64,000 bases of DNA from Candidatus Eiseniibacteriota bacterium (GTDB lineage: Bacteria > Eisenbacteria > RBG-16-71-46). The stretch is from the NCBI GenBank assembly GCA_035712145.1, contig DASTBI010000115.1:3827-67826 (forward strand), given 5' to 3'. The notes under the pieces were generated by a model. It saw only the letters and a program-made list of their open reading frames with translations. It ran no database searches and was not told the DNA's origin. The translations under genes were made by a program, and so were the position numbers. Of the stretch, positions 46,357-59,660 are shown piece after piece (the stretch's first letter is position 1; each line of letters starts with the position of its first letter).

Positions 46357-49300
46357 GTGGGGCCGATGCTCGAAACCCTCATGAAGTCGGTGTTCGGCTC
46401 GAAACACGAGCGGGACCGCCGGCGGGTTCAGCCGATCGTCGAAGAGATCAACCGGGTCTACGACTCCTTCCAGGGCCTGACCGACGATCAGCTCCGCGCC
46501 AAGACCACGGAGTTCCGAGGCCGTCTCGCCGAGGCTCTGAAGGACGTTTCCGATCCCGAAGAGCGCAAGCGCATCGAGCGCGAGACGCTCGACGACCTGC
46601 TCCCCGAGGCCTTCGCCGCGGTCAAGCTGGCCTGCGCGCGGCTGGTCGGAAAGACCTGGCCGGTGGTCGGCATCCCGATCAGCTGGGACATGATCCCCTA
46701 CGACGTGCAGCTGATCGGCGGCGTGATGCTGCACGAGGGACGGATCGCCGAAATGGCCACCGGCGAAGGCAAGACCTTGGTGGCGACCATGCCGCTCTAC
46801 CTCAATGCCCTGACCGGGCGCGGCGCGCACCTCGTCACCGTCAACGACTACCTGGCGCGGCGTGACAGCGAGTGGATGGGCGAGGTCTACAAGTTCCTCG
46901 GTCTCACCGTGGGCTGCATCCAGAACCAGATGGATCCGCCGACGCGCCGCCTCCAGTACCAGTGCGACATCACCTACGGCACCAACAACGAATTCGGCTT
47001 CGACTACCTGCGCGACAACATGGCGGTGCGCCCGGAGCACCGCGTCCAGCGTGGGTTCGTGTACGCGATCGTCGACGAAGTCGATTCCGTGCTCATCGAT
47101 GAGGCGCGAACGCCGCTCATCATCAGCGGTCCGGTGGAGCACAGCGATCAGGGCTTCGACGATCTGAAGCCGCTGGTGGAGCGCCTGGTGAAGGCGCAGA
47201 ACGCGATGGTGGTCGGCTGGCTCGCCGAGGCCGAAGGCCAGCTCGCCGAGGCCGAGAAGGGCGGCGACGCGGGGCTCACGCTGCTGCGAGTCCAGCGCGC
47301 TTCGCCCAAGCACAAGCGCTTCCTCAAGCTGCTTTCCGAGCAGCCTGGGGTCAAGAAGCTGATCACGACCACCGAGCTCGAGTACCTGCGCGACAAGCGC
47401 ATGCACGAGGTCGACGAGGCGCTGCTCTACGCCATCGACGAGAGGAACCGCAACGTCGATCTCCTGGAGCGCGGCCGCGAGCAGATGTCGCCGCAGGATC
47501 CCGAGCGGTTCGTGGTGCCCGACCTCACCGGGCAGCTGTCGGCGCTGGAGGGCGACGAGGAGCTCGATCCAGCCGCCAAGGTGCAGCGCCGGGACGAGAT
47601 CTACCGGGCGTACGCCGCCAAGAACGAGAAGATCCACAACGTCCAGGCGCTGCTGAAGGCCTACTCGCTGTACGAGCGCGACGTCGAGTACGTGGTGCAG
47701 GACGGCAAGGTCCTGATCGTCGACGAGTTCACCGGCCGGCTGATGCCGGGCCGCCGCTACTCCGAAGGCCTTCACCAGGCGATCGAAGCCAAGGAGGGAG
47801 TGAGGGTCGAGGGCGAGACCCAGACGCTGGCCACGATCACGCTGCAGAATTTCTTCCGCATGTACGAGAAACTCGCCGGGATGACCGGAACGGCGGAGAC
47901 GGAATCGCGCGAGTTCTGGGAGATCTACAAGCTCGACGTCTCGATCATTCCCACCAACAAGCCGATTCACCGCGCCGATCACGACGACGTCGTCTACCGG
48001 ACCAAACGCGAGAAATACAACGCGCTGCTCGAGGAGATCGCGAGCTGCCACGAGCGCGGGCAGCCCGCGCTGGTCGGCACGATCAGCGTCGAGGTCAGCG
48101 AGCTGCTGTCGCGCATGCTCAAGCGCCGCGGCATCAAGCACAACGTCCTCAACGCCAAGTACCACCAGCAGGAGGCCGAAATCGTCGCCTCCGCCGGGCA
48201 GCGCGGATCCGTCACCATCGCCACCAACATGGCCGGCCGCGGGACCGACATCAAGCTCGGCGCCGGTGTCGCCGATCTCGGAGGCCTGCACATTCTCGGC
48301 ACCGAGCGTCACGAATCGCGGCGCATCGACCGGCAGCTGCGCGGACGCGCGGGACGACAGGGCGATCCGGGCTCGTCGCGCTTCTACCTCTCGCTCGAAG
48401 ACGATCTCATGCGCTTGTTCGGCAGCGAGCGCATCTCCGGCCTGATGCAGCGCATGGGCGTCGAGGAAGGAGAGGTGATCGAGCACCCCTGGGTGACCAG
48501 CTCGATCGGGCGCGCCCAGAAGCGCGTCGAGGCCCACAACTTCGACATCCGCAAGCACCTGCTCGAATACGACAACGTGATGAACCAGCAGCGCACCGTC
48601 GTGTACGAGATGCGCAACAAGGCGCTGACCAGCGAGGACATGAGCGAGACGGTGCTCGACGCCATCGAGGACGTGGTCCGTGATCGCATCGCCAAGATCA
48701 CCGGCGGCGCGGAGGCCCATCGCGAGGAGTGGAATCTCAAGTCGCTGGCCGACGAGCTGTCGTTCCTGCTGATGCGGCCGATCGCGCTCACCGACCTCGA
48801 GACCACGGACTACGAGGAGCTCGAGGAGAAGGTCGTCGCGTCCGCCGAGGCCGCCTACCGGGCGCGCGAGACCGAATTCGGCGCTCCGGTGCTGCGCGAT
48901 CTCGAGCGCCATCTGTACCTGTACACGCTCGACGAGCACTGGCGGGATCATCTCTACGAGCTCGATCACCTCAAAGGCGGCATCGGCCTGCGCGCCTACG
49001 GGCAGCGCGATCCGCTGATCGAGTACAAGAAGGAAGCGTTCAACCTGTTCGATACGCTGCTGCGCGAGACCAACGAGGACTTCGTCCAGCGCTTCTTCCG
49101 CGTCCAGCTGGTGCCCGAGGCGGAAGCCATGGTCGAGCGCCGCCCTTCGCCGCGACGGATGGTCGAGCAGCACGCGGCCGCGGAAGCATTCGGCGGAGGG
49201 CTCCCGGCCGAGGGCGCGGAGGCGAGCGAGACGCGGGCGCCGCGGGCGGCGCCGGCGCCAGCGGCCACGGTTCGAGCCGCGCCGAGGGTGGGGCGCAACG

Positions 49301-49380
49301 ATCCCTGTCCGTGCGGAAGTGGGAAGAAGTACAAGAAGTGCCACATGCCCATCGATCAGGGCGTCGGGAGTGGAGCATGA
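46357..49380 (+). CDS. secA: preprotein translocase ATPase SecA
   Basis: DEAD-motor motifs ([39 protein letters not shown]). C-terminal zinc-binding [13 protein letters not shown]. The likely start is ATG 46366 (MLETLMKS). Confidence 0.95.
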   Translation: MGPMLETLMKSVFGSKHERDRRRVQPIVEEINRVYDSFQGLTDDQLRAKTTEFRGRLAEALKDVSDPEERKRIERETLDDLLPEAFAAVKLACARLVGKTWPVVGIPISWDMIPYDVQLIGGVMLHEGRIAEMATGEGKTLVATMPLYLNALTGRGAHLVTVNDYLARRDSEWMGEVYKFLGLTVGCIQNQMDPPTRRLQYQCDITYGTNNEFGFDYLRDNMAVRPEHRVQRGFVYAIVDEVDSVLIDEARTPLIISGPVEHSDQGFDDLKPLVERLVKAQNAMVVGWLAEAEGQLAEAEKGGDAGLTLLRVQRASPKHKRFLKLLSEQPGVKKLITTTELEYLRDKRMHEVDEALLYAIDERNRNVDLLERGREQMSPQDPERFVVPDLTGQLSALEGDEELDPAAKVQRRDEIYRAYAAKNEKIHNVQALLKAYSLYERDVEYVVQDGKVLIVDEFTGRLMPGRRYSEGLHQAIEAKEGVRVEGETQTLATITLQNFFRMYEKLAGMTGTAETESREFWEIYKLDVSIIPTNKPIHRADHDDVVYRTKREKYNALLEEIASCHERGQPALVGTISVEVSELLSRMLKRRGIKHNVLNAKYHQQEAEIVASAGQRGSVTIATNMAGRGTDIKLGAGVADLGGLHILGTERHESRRIDRQLRGRAGRQGDPGSSRFYLSLEDDLMRLFGSERISGLMQRMGVEEGEVIEHPWVTSSIGRAQKRVEAHNFDIRKHLLEYDNVMNQQRTVVYEMRNKALTSEDMSETVLDAIEDVVRDRIAKITGGAEAHREEWNLKSLADELSFLLMRPIALTDLETTDYEELEEKVVASAEAAYRARETEFGAPVLRDLERHLYLYTLDEHWRDHLYELDHLKGGIGLRAYGQRDPLIEYKKEAFNLFDTLLRETNEDFVQRFFRVQLVPEAEAMVERRPSPRRMVEQHAAAEAFGGGLPAEGAEASETRAPRAAPAPAATVRAAPRVGRNDPCPCGSGKKYKKCHMPIDQGVGSGA

Positions 49381-49818
49381 GCGACCAGGGCGATCGCGAA
49401 GCCGTGCAGCGCCTGCTCGGCGTTCTCGCGCGCCACCTCGAGGACTTCTTCGAGGGAGACGAGCTGGCGCTCGAGTCGCTGGGCGCGGCGCTCGAGGACT
49501 CCGAGTTCACCGCCGACCAGATCCAGTCGGCGGTGCTCACCCTGAAGAGCCTGGCAGGAAGCCGCTCCGCGGCGGCTCAGGCCCCGGCGGATCCCCCCGG
49601 CCGCAGCGCGCAGCGCGTGCTGAGCGATCAGGAGCGCGGCTCGATGAGCCCCGAGGCCTGGGGCTACCTGCTCGACCTCCGGCGCCGCGGGTCGCTCGAC
49701 GCGGGCCAGTTCGAGTGCGTGCTCGATCGTCTCGCCGCGAGCGGTGTGCGCCCGATCGGCGTCGAAATGGCGCACGACATGGCGGTGCGCGTCGCGTTCG
49801 GCGCCGGGGCCGTGACGG

Positions 49819-52356
<2,538 letters not shown>

Positions 52357-53223
52357 GGCGCTCGAGCTGTTCCTGATCGAGCTGGCGGCGCGCCGCGCCT
52401 CACGCCACACCGTCGAGGCTTATCGGCGCGACGTCACCCGCGTGCTCGACCTCGCCGCCGGAACCGGAAAGGACTTGCCGCCCTCGGGATGGAATCGCGA
52501 GCTGCTCGAGCGCGCGATGCGGGATCTGCATCGCACGGCGCATGCGGCCTCGAGCGCGGCCCGCGCCCTCGCCGCGTGGCGCAGCTTTTCGCGGTTCTGC
52601 GTGCGCCGCGGAATGCTTTCCGACGATCCCGCGCGCAAGCTCCCGTTCCCGCGCCGGCCGCGGCGCCTGCCTCGAACGCTGCCGGAGCGCGACCTGACGC
52701 GCGCGCTCGACGGGCTCTCGGCGGAGGATCCGGCGAGCGTCCGCGACCGGGCGCTGATCGAGATGACGTACTCCTCGGGCCTGCGCCTCTCCGAGCTCGT
52801 CGGCCTCAATCACGGCGATGTCGACGCCGGCGCCGGACTGCTCCGCATCCGGGGAAAGGGACGTCGCGAGCGCATCGTCCCGGTAGGAAAGGCGGCGCTC
52901 GAGTCGCTGCGCCGTTATCTGGGCGAGCCGGTCACGCGGGCGGGTCGCGACGCACCCGTGTTCCTCAACGCCCGCGGCGGGAGGCTCTCGGGGCGCACGG
53001 TGCAGCGCGTGGTGCGCCACCGGCTGGGCCAGGTCGCGGGCGGCCTCGGCGTCACGCCGCACGCGCTCCGGCACTCCTTCGCCAGCCACCTGCTGGATCG
53101 CGGCGCCGACTTGCGCGCGATCCAGGAGCTGCTCGGCCACCGCTCGCTCTCCAGCACCCAGATCTACACCCACGTCTCGCGGAGCCGGCTGCGTCGCGCC
53201 TACGAACAGGCCCACCCGCGCGC

Positions 53224-54261
53224 ATGACCGGCGTCCGGCGACTCGCGCTCGCCGTGGGGGTGTGCTTCGTGGCGATGGGCTGCGCCAAGAAAGCGCCTCC
53301 GAGCGGAGGGCCGCCCGACATCGATCCGCCACGGCTGATCGCCTCGCATCCCGACTCGGGCGCCGCCTCGGTGGCTCTCGATGCGCCTCTCTCGATGACC
53401 TTCAGCGAAGGCATGGAGCCGCGCTCGACCACCGAGGCGATCGCGCTGTCACCACCGGTCGAGATCCGGCGCTTCCGCTGGTCGGGCAGGACCGTCACCG
53501 CGGTGCTCGCCGAGCCTCTGAAGAAGAGCCAGACCTACACCTTGTTCATCGGCTTCGGCGCGCGCGATCGGCACGGCAACATGATCGACCGCGGGCGCGC
53601 TCTCGTGTTCACCACCGGCGATTCGTTTCCCCGGGGCCTCATCGAGGGCCAGCTCGAGGCGAAGGGGTTCGCGGCGGGGAACGCGTATCTGTGGTGCTAC
53701 GAGGCGTCGCGGGCGCCCGACAGCACGGCGCGCGATTTCGACGCCATCGGCCTCGTCGATCCCGATGGGCAGTTCCGCATCGCGGGACTCGACGTGCCGA
53801 AGCGCTACCGCGTCTGGACATTCGCCGACATCAACAACAATCGCTCGTTCGAGCCCGCGACCGATCTGCTGGCGCCGATCGATACGGTGCTGTCGCTGAC
53901 CACGGAGCATCCCACGGCGAGCGGCATCCAGCTGCGGGTCACGAACCCGCGCGCGCCCGCTCGCGTCAAAGGCACTGTGCTAGACTCGCTCGTCGTGCGC
54001 GACGGCGATCTGCTGGTGGTCGCCGTGGCCGACACCGACACGACGCGGCGCGTGTTGGCGTCGACGAACGACCGTCTGAGCTTCGACCTCCAGCTGGAGC
54101 CGGGCTCCTGGACGGTGCGGGCGTTCCGGGACGCGGATCGGAATCGCATGTGGGATCGCGCACGGGAGTCGTCGAGCGATCCGTTGCCGGTGCGCGCCGA
54201 TCCGGCGGCGGAGATCGTCGACGTGGTGCTGGTGCTCAGACCGCCGCGCGAAGGCCGGTAA
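53224..54261 (+). CDS. lipoprotein with Ig-like (SbsA/Big-type) domain
   Basis: MTGVRRLALAVGVCFVAMGC lipobox. The Ig-like segment reads PPRLIASHPDSGAASVALDAPLSMTFSEGM. ATGA overlap with xerC. Confidence 0.6.
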   Translation: MTGVRRLALAVGVCFVAMGCAKKAPPSGGPPDIDPPRLIASHPDSGAASVALDAPLSMTFSEGMEPRSTTEAIALSPPVEIRRFRWSGRTVTAVLAEPLKKSQTYTLFIGFGARDRHGNMIDRGRALVFTTGDSFPRGLIEGQLEAKGFAAGNAYLWCYEASRAPDSTARDFDAIGLVDPDGQFRIAGLDVPKRYRVWTFADINNNRSFEPATDLLAPIDTVLSLTTEHPTASGIQLRVTNPRAPARVKGTVLDSLVVRDGDLLVVAVADTDTTRRVLASTNDRLSFDLQLEPGSWTVRAFRDADRNRMWDRARESSSDPLPVRADPAAEIVDVVLVLRPPREGR

Positions 54262-55097
54262 TGGCGAAGATCCCCTTCCTCAAGATGCATGGCGCGGCGA
54301 ACGACTTCGTGGTCGTCGACCATCGCCAGCCCTTTCTCGGTGATCCGCCCGCCGAGCTGATCCGCCGTCTCTGCGACCGACGGCGTGGCGTGGGGGCGGA
54401 CGGGCTTCTGCTGATCGAGAAAGACGCCGAGCTGGACTTCGCGATGCGTTACTTCAACGCCGACGGCGGAGTGGCGGAGTTCTGCGGCAACGGCGCGCGC
54501 TGCGTGGCGCGCCTGGCCCTCGAGCTCGGGATGGGGAAAGGGGGCGAAGTCCGCTTCCGCACCGCTTCGGGCGTGATGCGCGCGCGGGCGAGCGACGACC
54601 AACGCCGCATCGAGCTCTTTTTCGGCCAGGTCGCGCGTCCCTCGGATCCGATCGAGGTCGAAGCCGCGGGGCGATCCTTCCACGGCCAGACGGTGGTGGC
54701 CGGTGTTCCGCATTTCGTGGTGCCGGTCGAGCGCGTGGAGTGGGTGCCGGTCCAGGAGTGGGGCGCCGCGCTCCGCCACCATCCGCGCTTCGAGCCGCAT
54801 GGGACCAACGTCGACTTCGTCGCCCGCCTCGGCTCAGGACGGGTGGCCATGCGCACCTACGAGCGCGGCGTCGAGGCCGAGACGCTGGCGTGCGGCAGTG
54901 GAGCGATGTCGGTCGCCGTGTGGAGCGTGTCGGCGGGCGATCGCTCGCCGGTCTCGGTGATGACGGCGGGAGGGGACGAGCTCACGGTGCGTCTCGAACC
55001 GCATTCCGGAGGCTTCGAGGTGGCGTTGATCGGACCGGCGGAAGTGGCATTCCACGGCGAGTGGAGCGAAGCCGCTCCGGTGGCCGCCGCGCGCTGA
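54261..55097 (+). CDS. dapF: diaminopimelate epimerase
   Basis: MAKIPFLKMHGAANDFVVVD, and FNADGGVAEFCGNGARC and ACGSGAMS with the two catalytic Cys. Confidence 0.9.
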   Translation: MAKIPFLKMHGAANDFVVVDHRQPFLGDPPAELIRRLCDRRRGVGADGLLLIEKDAELDFAMRYFNADGGVAEFCGNGARCVARLALELGMGKGGEVRFRTASGVMRARASDDQRRIELFFGQVARPSDPIEVEAAGRSFHGQTVVAGVPHFVVPVERVEWVPVQEWGAALRHHPRFEPHGTNVDFVARLGSGRVAMRTYERGVEAETLACGSGAMSVAVWSVSAGDRSPVSVMTAGGDELTVRLEPHSGGFEVALIGPAEVAFHGEWSEAAPVAAAR

Positions 55098-55115
55098 GAT
55101 GGAACGGAGGCGATC

Positions 55116-56006
55116 ATGTTCGAAGGACTGACGGTGGCCATGGTGACGCCCTTCCGGGGCGGCGAGGTGGATCTCGACGGTGCAGCACGGCTGATCGAGT
55201 TCATGCTGGAAGGCGGAGTGCAGAACCTGGTGGTCTCGGGCTCCACCGGCGAAGCGGCGACCTGCAGCGTCGAGGAGCGGCGCACCTTGTGGCGCTTCGT
55301 GCGCGAGCGCGTGGCGGAGCGTATTCCCGTCCTGGCCGGCGCCGGAACCAATTCGACCTCCGAGAGCGTGACCCTCAGCAAGATGGCGGAGGAGATCGGG
55401 CTCGACGGCGTGATGCTGGTGACGCCTTACTACAACAAGCCCACGGCGAAAGGTCAGATCGCCCACTTCACGACGGTCGCCCAGGCCACCCGGCTCCCGG
55501 TGATGCTCTACAACGTGCCGAGCCGAACCGGCACGAATACGCTTCCCGACGTCTTCGAGAAGCTCGAGAGCGTGCAGAACATCGCCGCCGTCAAGGAAGC
55601 CTCTGGCAGCCTCGATCAGGCGAGCGCGATCAAGGCCAGGACCTCGTTCACCTTGCTCTCCGGTGACGATTCGTTGACGCTCCCCATGATCGCCGTCGGG
55701 GCCGAAGGCGTGGTCTCGGTGGTCGGCAACGCCGCGCCGAGGCGGATGCGGGAGCTCTGCGATCACGCCCGGGCGGGGCGCCGGGACGCGGCGGAGACCT
55801 CCCATCGGCGATTGCTCCCGCTCTTCAAGGCCTTGTTCGCGGAGTCCAATCCCGGCCCGGTCAAGTACCTCCTGTCCGCGATGGGCTTGATCGAGAACGA
55901 GCTGCGGCTGCCGCTCGTGCCGGTCGAGCCCGCCACCCAGAAGCTCATCCTGGACGCCGCCCAGTCGGCTGGCCTGACCGTGGCCTCGGCGGTATCCCGG
56001 ACGTGA
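55116..56006 (+). CDS. dapA: 4-hydroxy-tetrahydrodipicolinate synthase
   Basis: TIM-barrel DHDPS motifs (VAMVTPF, GSTGEAATCS, YNVPSRTG, active-site Lys in AVKEASG). Confidence 0.9.
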   Translation: MFEGLTVAMVTPFRGGEVDLDGAARLIEFMLEGGVQNLVVSGSTGEAATCSVEERRTLWRFVRERVAERIPVLAGAGTNSTSESVTLSKMAEEIGLDGVMLVTPYYNKPTAKGQIAHFTTVAQATRLPVMLYNVPSRTGTNTLPDVFEKLESVQNIAAVKEASGSLDQASAIKARTSFTLLSGDDSLTLPMIAVGAEGVVSVVGNAAPRRMRELCDHARAGRRDAAETSHRRLLPLFKALFAESNPGPVKYLLSAMGLIENELRLPLVPVEPATQKLILDAAQSAGLTVASAVSRT

Positions 56007-56797
56007 TCCCGATCGTGGTGGTCGGGGCCGCCGGCCGCATGGGCCGCGCGGTCGTTGAAACCGCGATGGCCGATCCGGGGTTCAACGTGAAAGCTGGCGT
56101 CGACCGGGCGCCATGCCCCAAGGACTGGGATCGAAAGCTCCCCTTTGTCGACGATGCCGGGAAGGTGCTGGCGCGAGGAGATGTGGTGGTGGAATTCGCG
56201 GGTCCCGAGGGCGCGGTCGATGCCGCTCGGGCGGCCGCTCGAAGCGGCGCGGCACTGGTCTCGGGCGGCACCGGGCTCTCGGGCCCTCAGGAGCAGGCGC
56301 TTCGAGCGGCCGCCGATTCGATCGCCATCTTGCGCAGCGCCAACTTCAGTCTGGGGATTCTGGCCCTTCGGCAGGCCTTGAAGGCCGTGCTTTCCGCAAT
56401 TCCGGCCTGGGACATCGAGATCGTGGAGAAGCATCATCGCAACAAGCAGGACAGTCCCTCCGGGACCGCGCTCACGCTCGCTCGAGACGCCGCGAGCGCG
56501 CGCGGTTATCCGGCCTCCTCTTTGCGTCATGGCCGTGATGGACACGTCGGCGTGAGGCCGGTCGAGGAAATCGGAGTGCATGCGGTTCGGGGGGGATCGT
56601 GGGTTGGAGAGCACACCGTCATGCTCGCGGGACCTGGAGAGTCCCTCGAGCTCCGTCACGTGGCCCAGGACCGGGTGGCATTCGCGCGCGGAGCCCTCAC
56701 CGCAGCGGAATTCCTGGCGCATGCTCAGCCAGGGCTCTACACTTTCGAGGACGTTTTGAGAGCAGCCGCACGGTCGGAAGGAGGTCGGCTCACGTAG
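56003..56797 (+). CDS. dapB: 4-hydroxy-tetrahydrodipicolinate reductase
   Basis: N-terminal Rossmann fold IVVVGAAGRMGRAV. The catalytic region reads EIVEKHHRNKQDSPSGTA. Confidence 0.85.
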   Translation: MIPIVVVGAAGRMGRAVVETAMADPGFNVKAGVDRAPCPKDWDRKLPFVDDAGKVLARGDVVVEFAGPEGAVDAARAAARSGAALVSGGTGLSGPQEQALRAAADSIAILRSANFSLGILALRQALKAVLSAIPAWDIEIVEKHHRNKQDSPSGTALTLARDAASARGYPASSLRHGRDGHVGVRPVEEIGVHAVRGGSWVGEHTVMLAGPGESLELRHVAQDRVAFARGALTAAEFLAHAQPGLYTFEDVLRAAARSEGGRLT

Positions 56798-56799
56798 TA

Positions 56800-59646
56800 A
56801 TGAGAAACGCGCGCCAGGCGCTGGTTTCACTGACCTCCGCCTTCCTGCTTGCCCTGGTCGCTTACCCCGCCGCCGCCCAGTCATTCGGCAAGAACAAAGT
56901 GCAGTACGAGCCCCTGGATTGGGCGGTCCTCGAGACGCCTCATCTGCGGCTTCATTTCTACGCCGAGGAGGAGAGTCTCGCGCGGTACCTCGCCGCGCAC
57001 GCCGAGTCGGTGTGCGTCGAATACGATCGGCGCTTCCGCATCCAGTTCAAGCGCCCGATCGCGGTGCTCTTCTACTCGACCCATCATCTCTTCCAGCAGA
57101 CCAATGCCACGCCCGGCCTGATCTCCGAGTCGGTGGGGGGGATCACCGAGCTGATCAAGGGCCGCGTGCTCCTTCCGCACAACGGATCGTGGGCGCGCCT
57201 GGCGTGGGTCACTCGCCACGAGCTGGCGCACGCCTACATGCTCGAGAAGCTGGCGCGGGTGATGCGCGAGAACAAGCGCAGCCACGGTTACCTGCCGCCG
57301 CTGTGGTTCATCGAGGGGCTGGCGGAATTCTGCGGCACCACCTGGGACGCTGACGCCGAGGGACTGCTGCGCGACGCGGTCCTCACCGGGCGCGCGCCGA
57401 TGCTCACCCGCAGCGAAGAGATCGCCGGCACGGTGCTCATGTACAAGGAAGGCCAGTCCTTCCTGCTCTATCTCGGCGAGCGCTTCGGTCCCGACAAGGT
57501 CTTCGACCTGATGGACAACTGGTACCGCGCCGACGACTTCGAGACCGTCTTCCGGCTCACTTACGGCGAGAAGCTCGTCAACGTCGATCGAGACTGGCAC
57601 GAGTGGATCAAGCGTCGCTACTACCCGGAAGTCGCTTCGCTGCGCACCGCGACCGAGCAGGGCACGCGTCTCACACAACGCGGTCCATACAATCTCGGGC
57701 CGCGCGTGCTGCCATCGGCCTCACCCAACGACACGCTCGTTCGCTTCTGCTATTTCATGGCGCGCGAGAGCGGCGTGGAGCTGATGCTCAGCGAGCCGGG
57801 GAAGAAGGGGGAGCGCAAGGAGCGGCGGCTGCTGCGCGCGGGTCAATCGGCGTCGTACGAGTCCTTCCATCTCTTCCAGAATCGCCCGGACGCCTCGAAG
57901 TCCGGCCTCATCGCCCTTTCCGCGAAGCACGGAGGACGTGACGCCCTTTACCTCGTCGATTCCAGGAAGGGCCGCGTGATTCAGCGGATGGAGTTCCCGC
58001 ACCTGGTGGCGATTCTCGATCCCAGCATCGTCCCCGGAGACACATCGGTCGTGTTCTCCGCGCAGGACTATGCCGGCCGCTCGGACCTCTATCGCGCGAC
58101 ATGGAGCAAGGGCCGCGTCAAGCTCGAGCGGCTGACGCAGGACTTCTTCGACGACGTCGAGCCGGACGTTTCTCCCGATGGCCGCTGGGTGGCGTTCTCG
58201 TCCGATCGCGGCGGCATCGAGCACCACGCGATCTATCGCCTCTCCCTTTCGGGAGGCGTGCCGGAGCGGGTCAGCCAGCCCCCGGATGGCGATGATCGGC
58301 AGCCGGTCTATTCACCGGATGGCAAGTGGCTCGCCTTCCGCTCCACTCGGGGCGGGACCAGCGACCTCTACGTGCGCCCGGCTGAGCCGAGCTTCGAAGC
58401 GCGCCGCGTCACCCGCATGGCGGGCCCCGTCTACGACCCCGACTGGCTGGCGGGAGGCCGTGGCCTGCTCTACACCGGCCAGGAGCGCGTGGAGTTCCAG
58501 AGCTACCTGACCCACTTCGATCCCGAGACCCTGCAGGTCGAGACCGAGACCGACATGGAGGCGCGGCCCGTGGCCTCGCTCGTCAGCGACGCGGTGATCG
58601 CCGGCGGGCTCGGCACGCCCAAGGAGAGCGGCGTCTACAACGGACCCAAGCACGAGTACGAACGCCGCCTCAGCCTCGACCTGGTGCAGAACGCGTTCGC
58701 CGTCGATCCCGCGCTCGGCGCGGGTGGCGGAGGGCAGATCGCGATCAGCGACGTGCTCGGCAACGAAAAGATCCACCTCTATCTGTCCAACGACTCCGAG
58801 CGCTTCGGAACCAGCTTCTGGGATGGCTTCGAAGGCGGCGTGACCTACATCAACCAGAGCCGGCGCCTGAACTACGGCGTCGGACTGTTCCGCCTCACCC
58901 AGATGTACGATCCCGAGCTCGACCTGGTGCGGCGCGAGCGCCGCGTGGGCGTGCTCGGCCTGGCGATGTATCCCTTCAACCGTTTCACCCGGCTGGAGGG
59001 ATCGATGCTGGTACGCCACGCGAGCGACCACCGTCTCCGCAACGGCACATCGAAGGACGTCGATCTCATCTCTCACTATCTGTCCCTGGTGCACGATAAC
59101 AGCGGTTGGTCGATGCTCGGGCCGAGCACCGGCACGCGCTTCCTCATCTCGGGCGGGTTCACCCGGGACATGACTTCGGGCGCCGGAGACTTCGCCAGCA
59201 TGGTGGTGGAGGCCCGCCACTACGAGCGACCGCTGCCGGTCCTGGTCTCCGCGACTCGTGTCCAGGGTCAGGCGAGCTTCGGCAATGATGCCCAGCGCTA
59301 CTACCTGGGCGGGCTGGTCTCCCTGCGAGGCTACGATCGTCGCACGATTTCCGGCACCAAGACGCTGCTCGTCCAGCAGGAATTCCGGCTCCCGGTGGTG
59401 CGCGGCCTGACCTTCGCCCTGCCTCGGGCATGGCAGTTCCCGACCATCAGCACCGCGCTCTTCGCGGACTACGCCATGGCGATCGACGGGAACTTCGTCG
59501 ATCGGCGCGGAGCGGTCGGCGCGGGAGCTTTCATCGGCGGAGGGTATTATCCGGTCATCCGATGGAACTTCACCTGGGTCACCCCCGACTTCCAGACGTT
59601 CTCGCACCGGCCGCGGACCACCTTCCTGATCGGCTACAACTTCTAG
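56800..59646 (+). CDS. outer-membrane multidomain protein: HExxH peptidase-MA-like domain + TolB/PD40 beta-propeller repeats + C-terminal beta-barrel
   Basis: ATG 56800 with GGAAGGAGG SD. Signal peptide. HELAH...EGLAE zinc-peptidase motif. PD40 repeats (VSPDGRWVAFSSDRGG, YSPDGKWLAFRSTRGG). Long C-terminal region with alternating beta-strand pattern ending ...TTFLIGYNF (terminal Phe). Confidence 0.65.
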   Translation: MRNARQALVSLTSAFLLALVAYPAAAQSFGKNKVQYEPLDWAVLETPHLRLHFYAEEESLARYLAAHAESVCVEYDRRFRIQFKRPIAVLFYSTHHLFQQTNATPGLISESVGGITELIKGRVLLPHNGSWARLAWVTRHELAHAYMLEKLARVMRENKRSHGYLPPLWFIEGLAEFCGTTWDADAEGLLRDAVLTGRAPMLTRSEEIAGTVLMYKEGQSFLLYLGERFGPDKVFDLMDNWYRADDFETVFRLTYGEKLVNVDRDWHEWIKRRYYPEVASLRTATEQGTRLTQRGPYNLGPRVLPSASPNDTLVRFCYFMARESGVELMLSEPGKKGERKERRLLRAGQSASYESFHLFQNRPDASKSGLIALSAKHGGRDALYLVDSRKGRVIQRMEFPHLVAILDPSIVPGDTSVVFSAQDYAGRSDLYRATWSKGRVKLERLTQDFFDDVEPDVSPDGRWVAFSSDRGGIEHHAIYRLSLSGGVPERVSQPPDGDDRQPVYSPDGKWLAFRSTRGGTSDLYVRPAEPSFEARRVTRMAGPVYDPDWLAGGRGLLYTGQERVEFQSYLTHFDPETLQVETETDMEARPVASLVSDAVIAGGLGTPKESGVYNGPKHEYERRLSLDLVQNAFAVDPALGAGGGGQIAISDVLGNEKIHLYLSNDSERFGTSFWDGFEGGVTYINQSRRLNYGVGLFRLTQMYDPELDLVRRERRVGVLGLAMYPFNRFTRLEGSMLVRHASDHRLRNGTSKDVDLISHYLSLVHDNSGWSMLGPSTGTRFLISGGFTRDMTSGAGDFASMVVEARHYERPLPVLVSATRVQGQASFGNDAQRYYLGGLVSLRGYDRRTISGTKTLLVQQEFRLPVVRGLTFALPRAWQFPTISTALFADYAMAIDGNFVDRRGAVGAGAFIGGGYYPVIRWNFTWVTPDFQTFSHRPRTTFLIGYNF

Positions 59647-59660
59647 CAGCGGTCGGCAGG

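Noticed and set aside
46340-46358. TTGACA and TATAGT hexamers upstream of secA, considered as a promoter
   Set aside because: The spacer between them is only ~7 nt, incompatible with sigma70 -35/-10 geometry. The TATAGT also overlaps the GTG/ATG start region.
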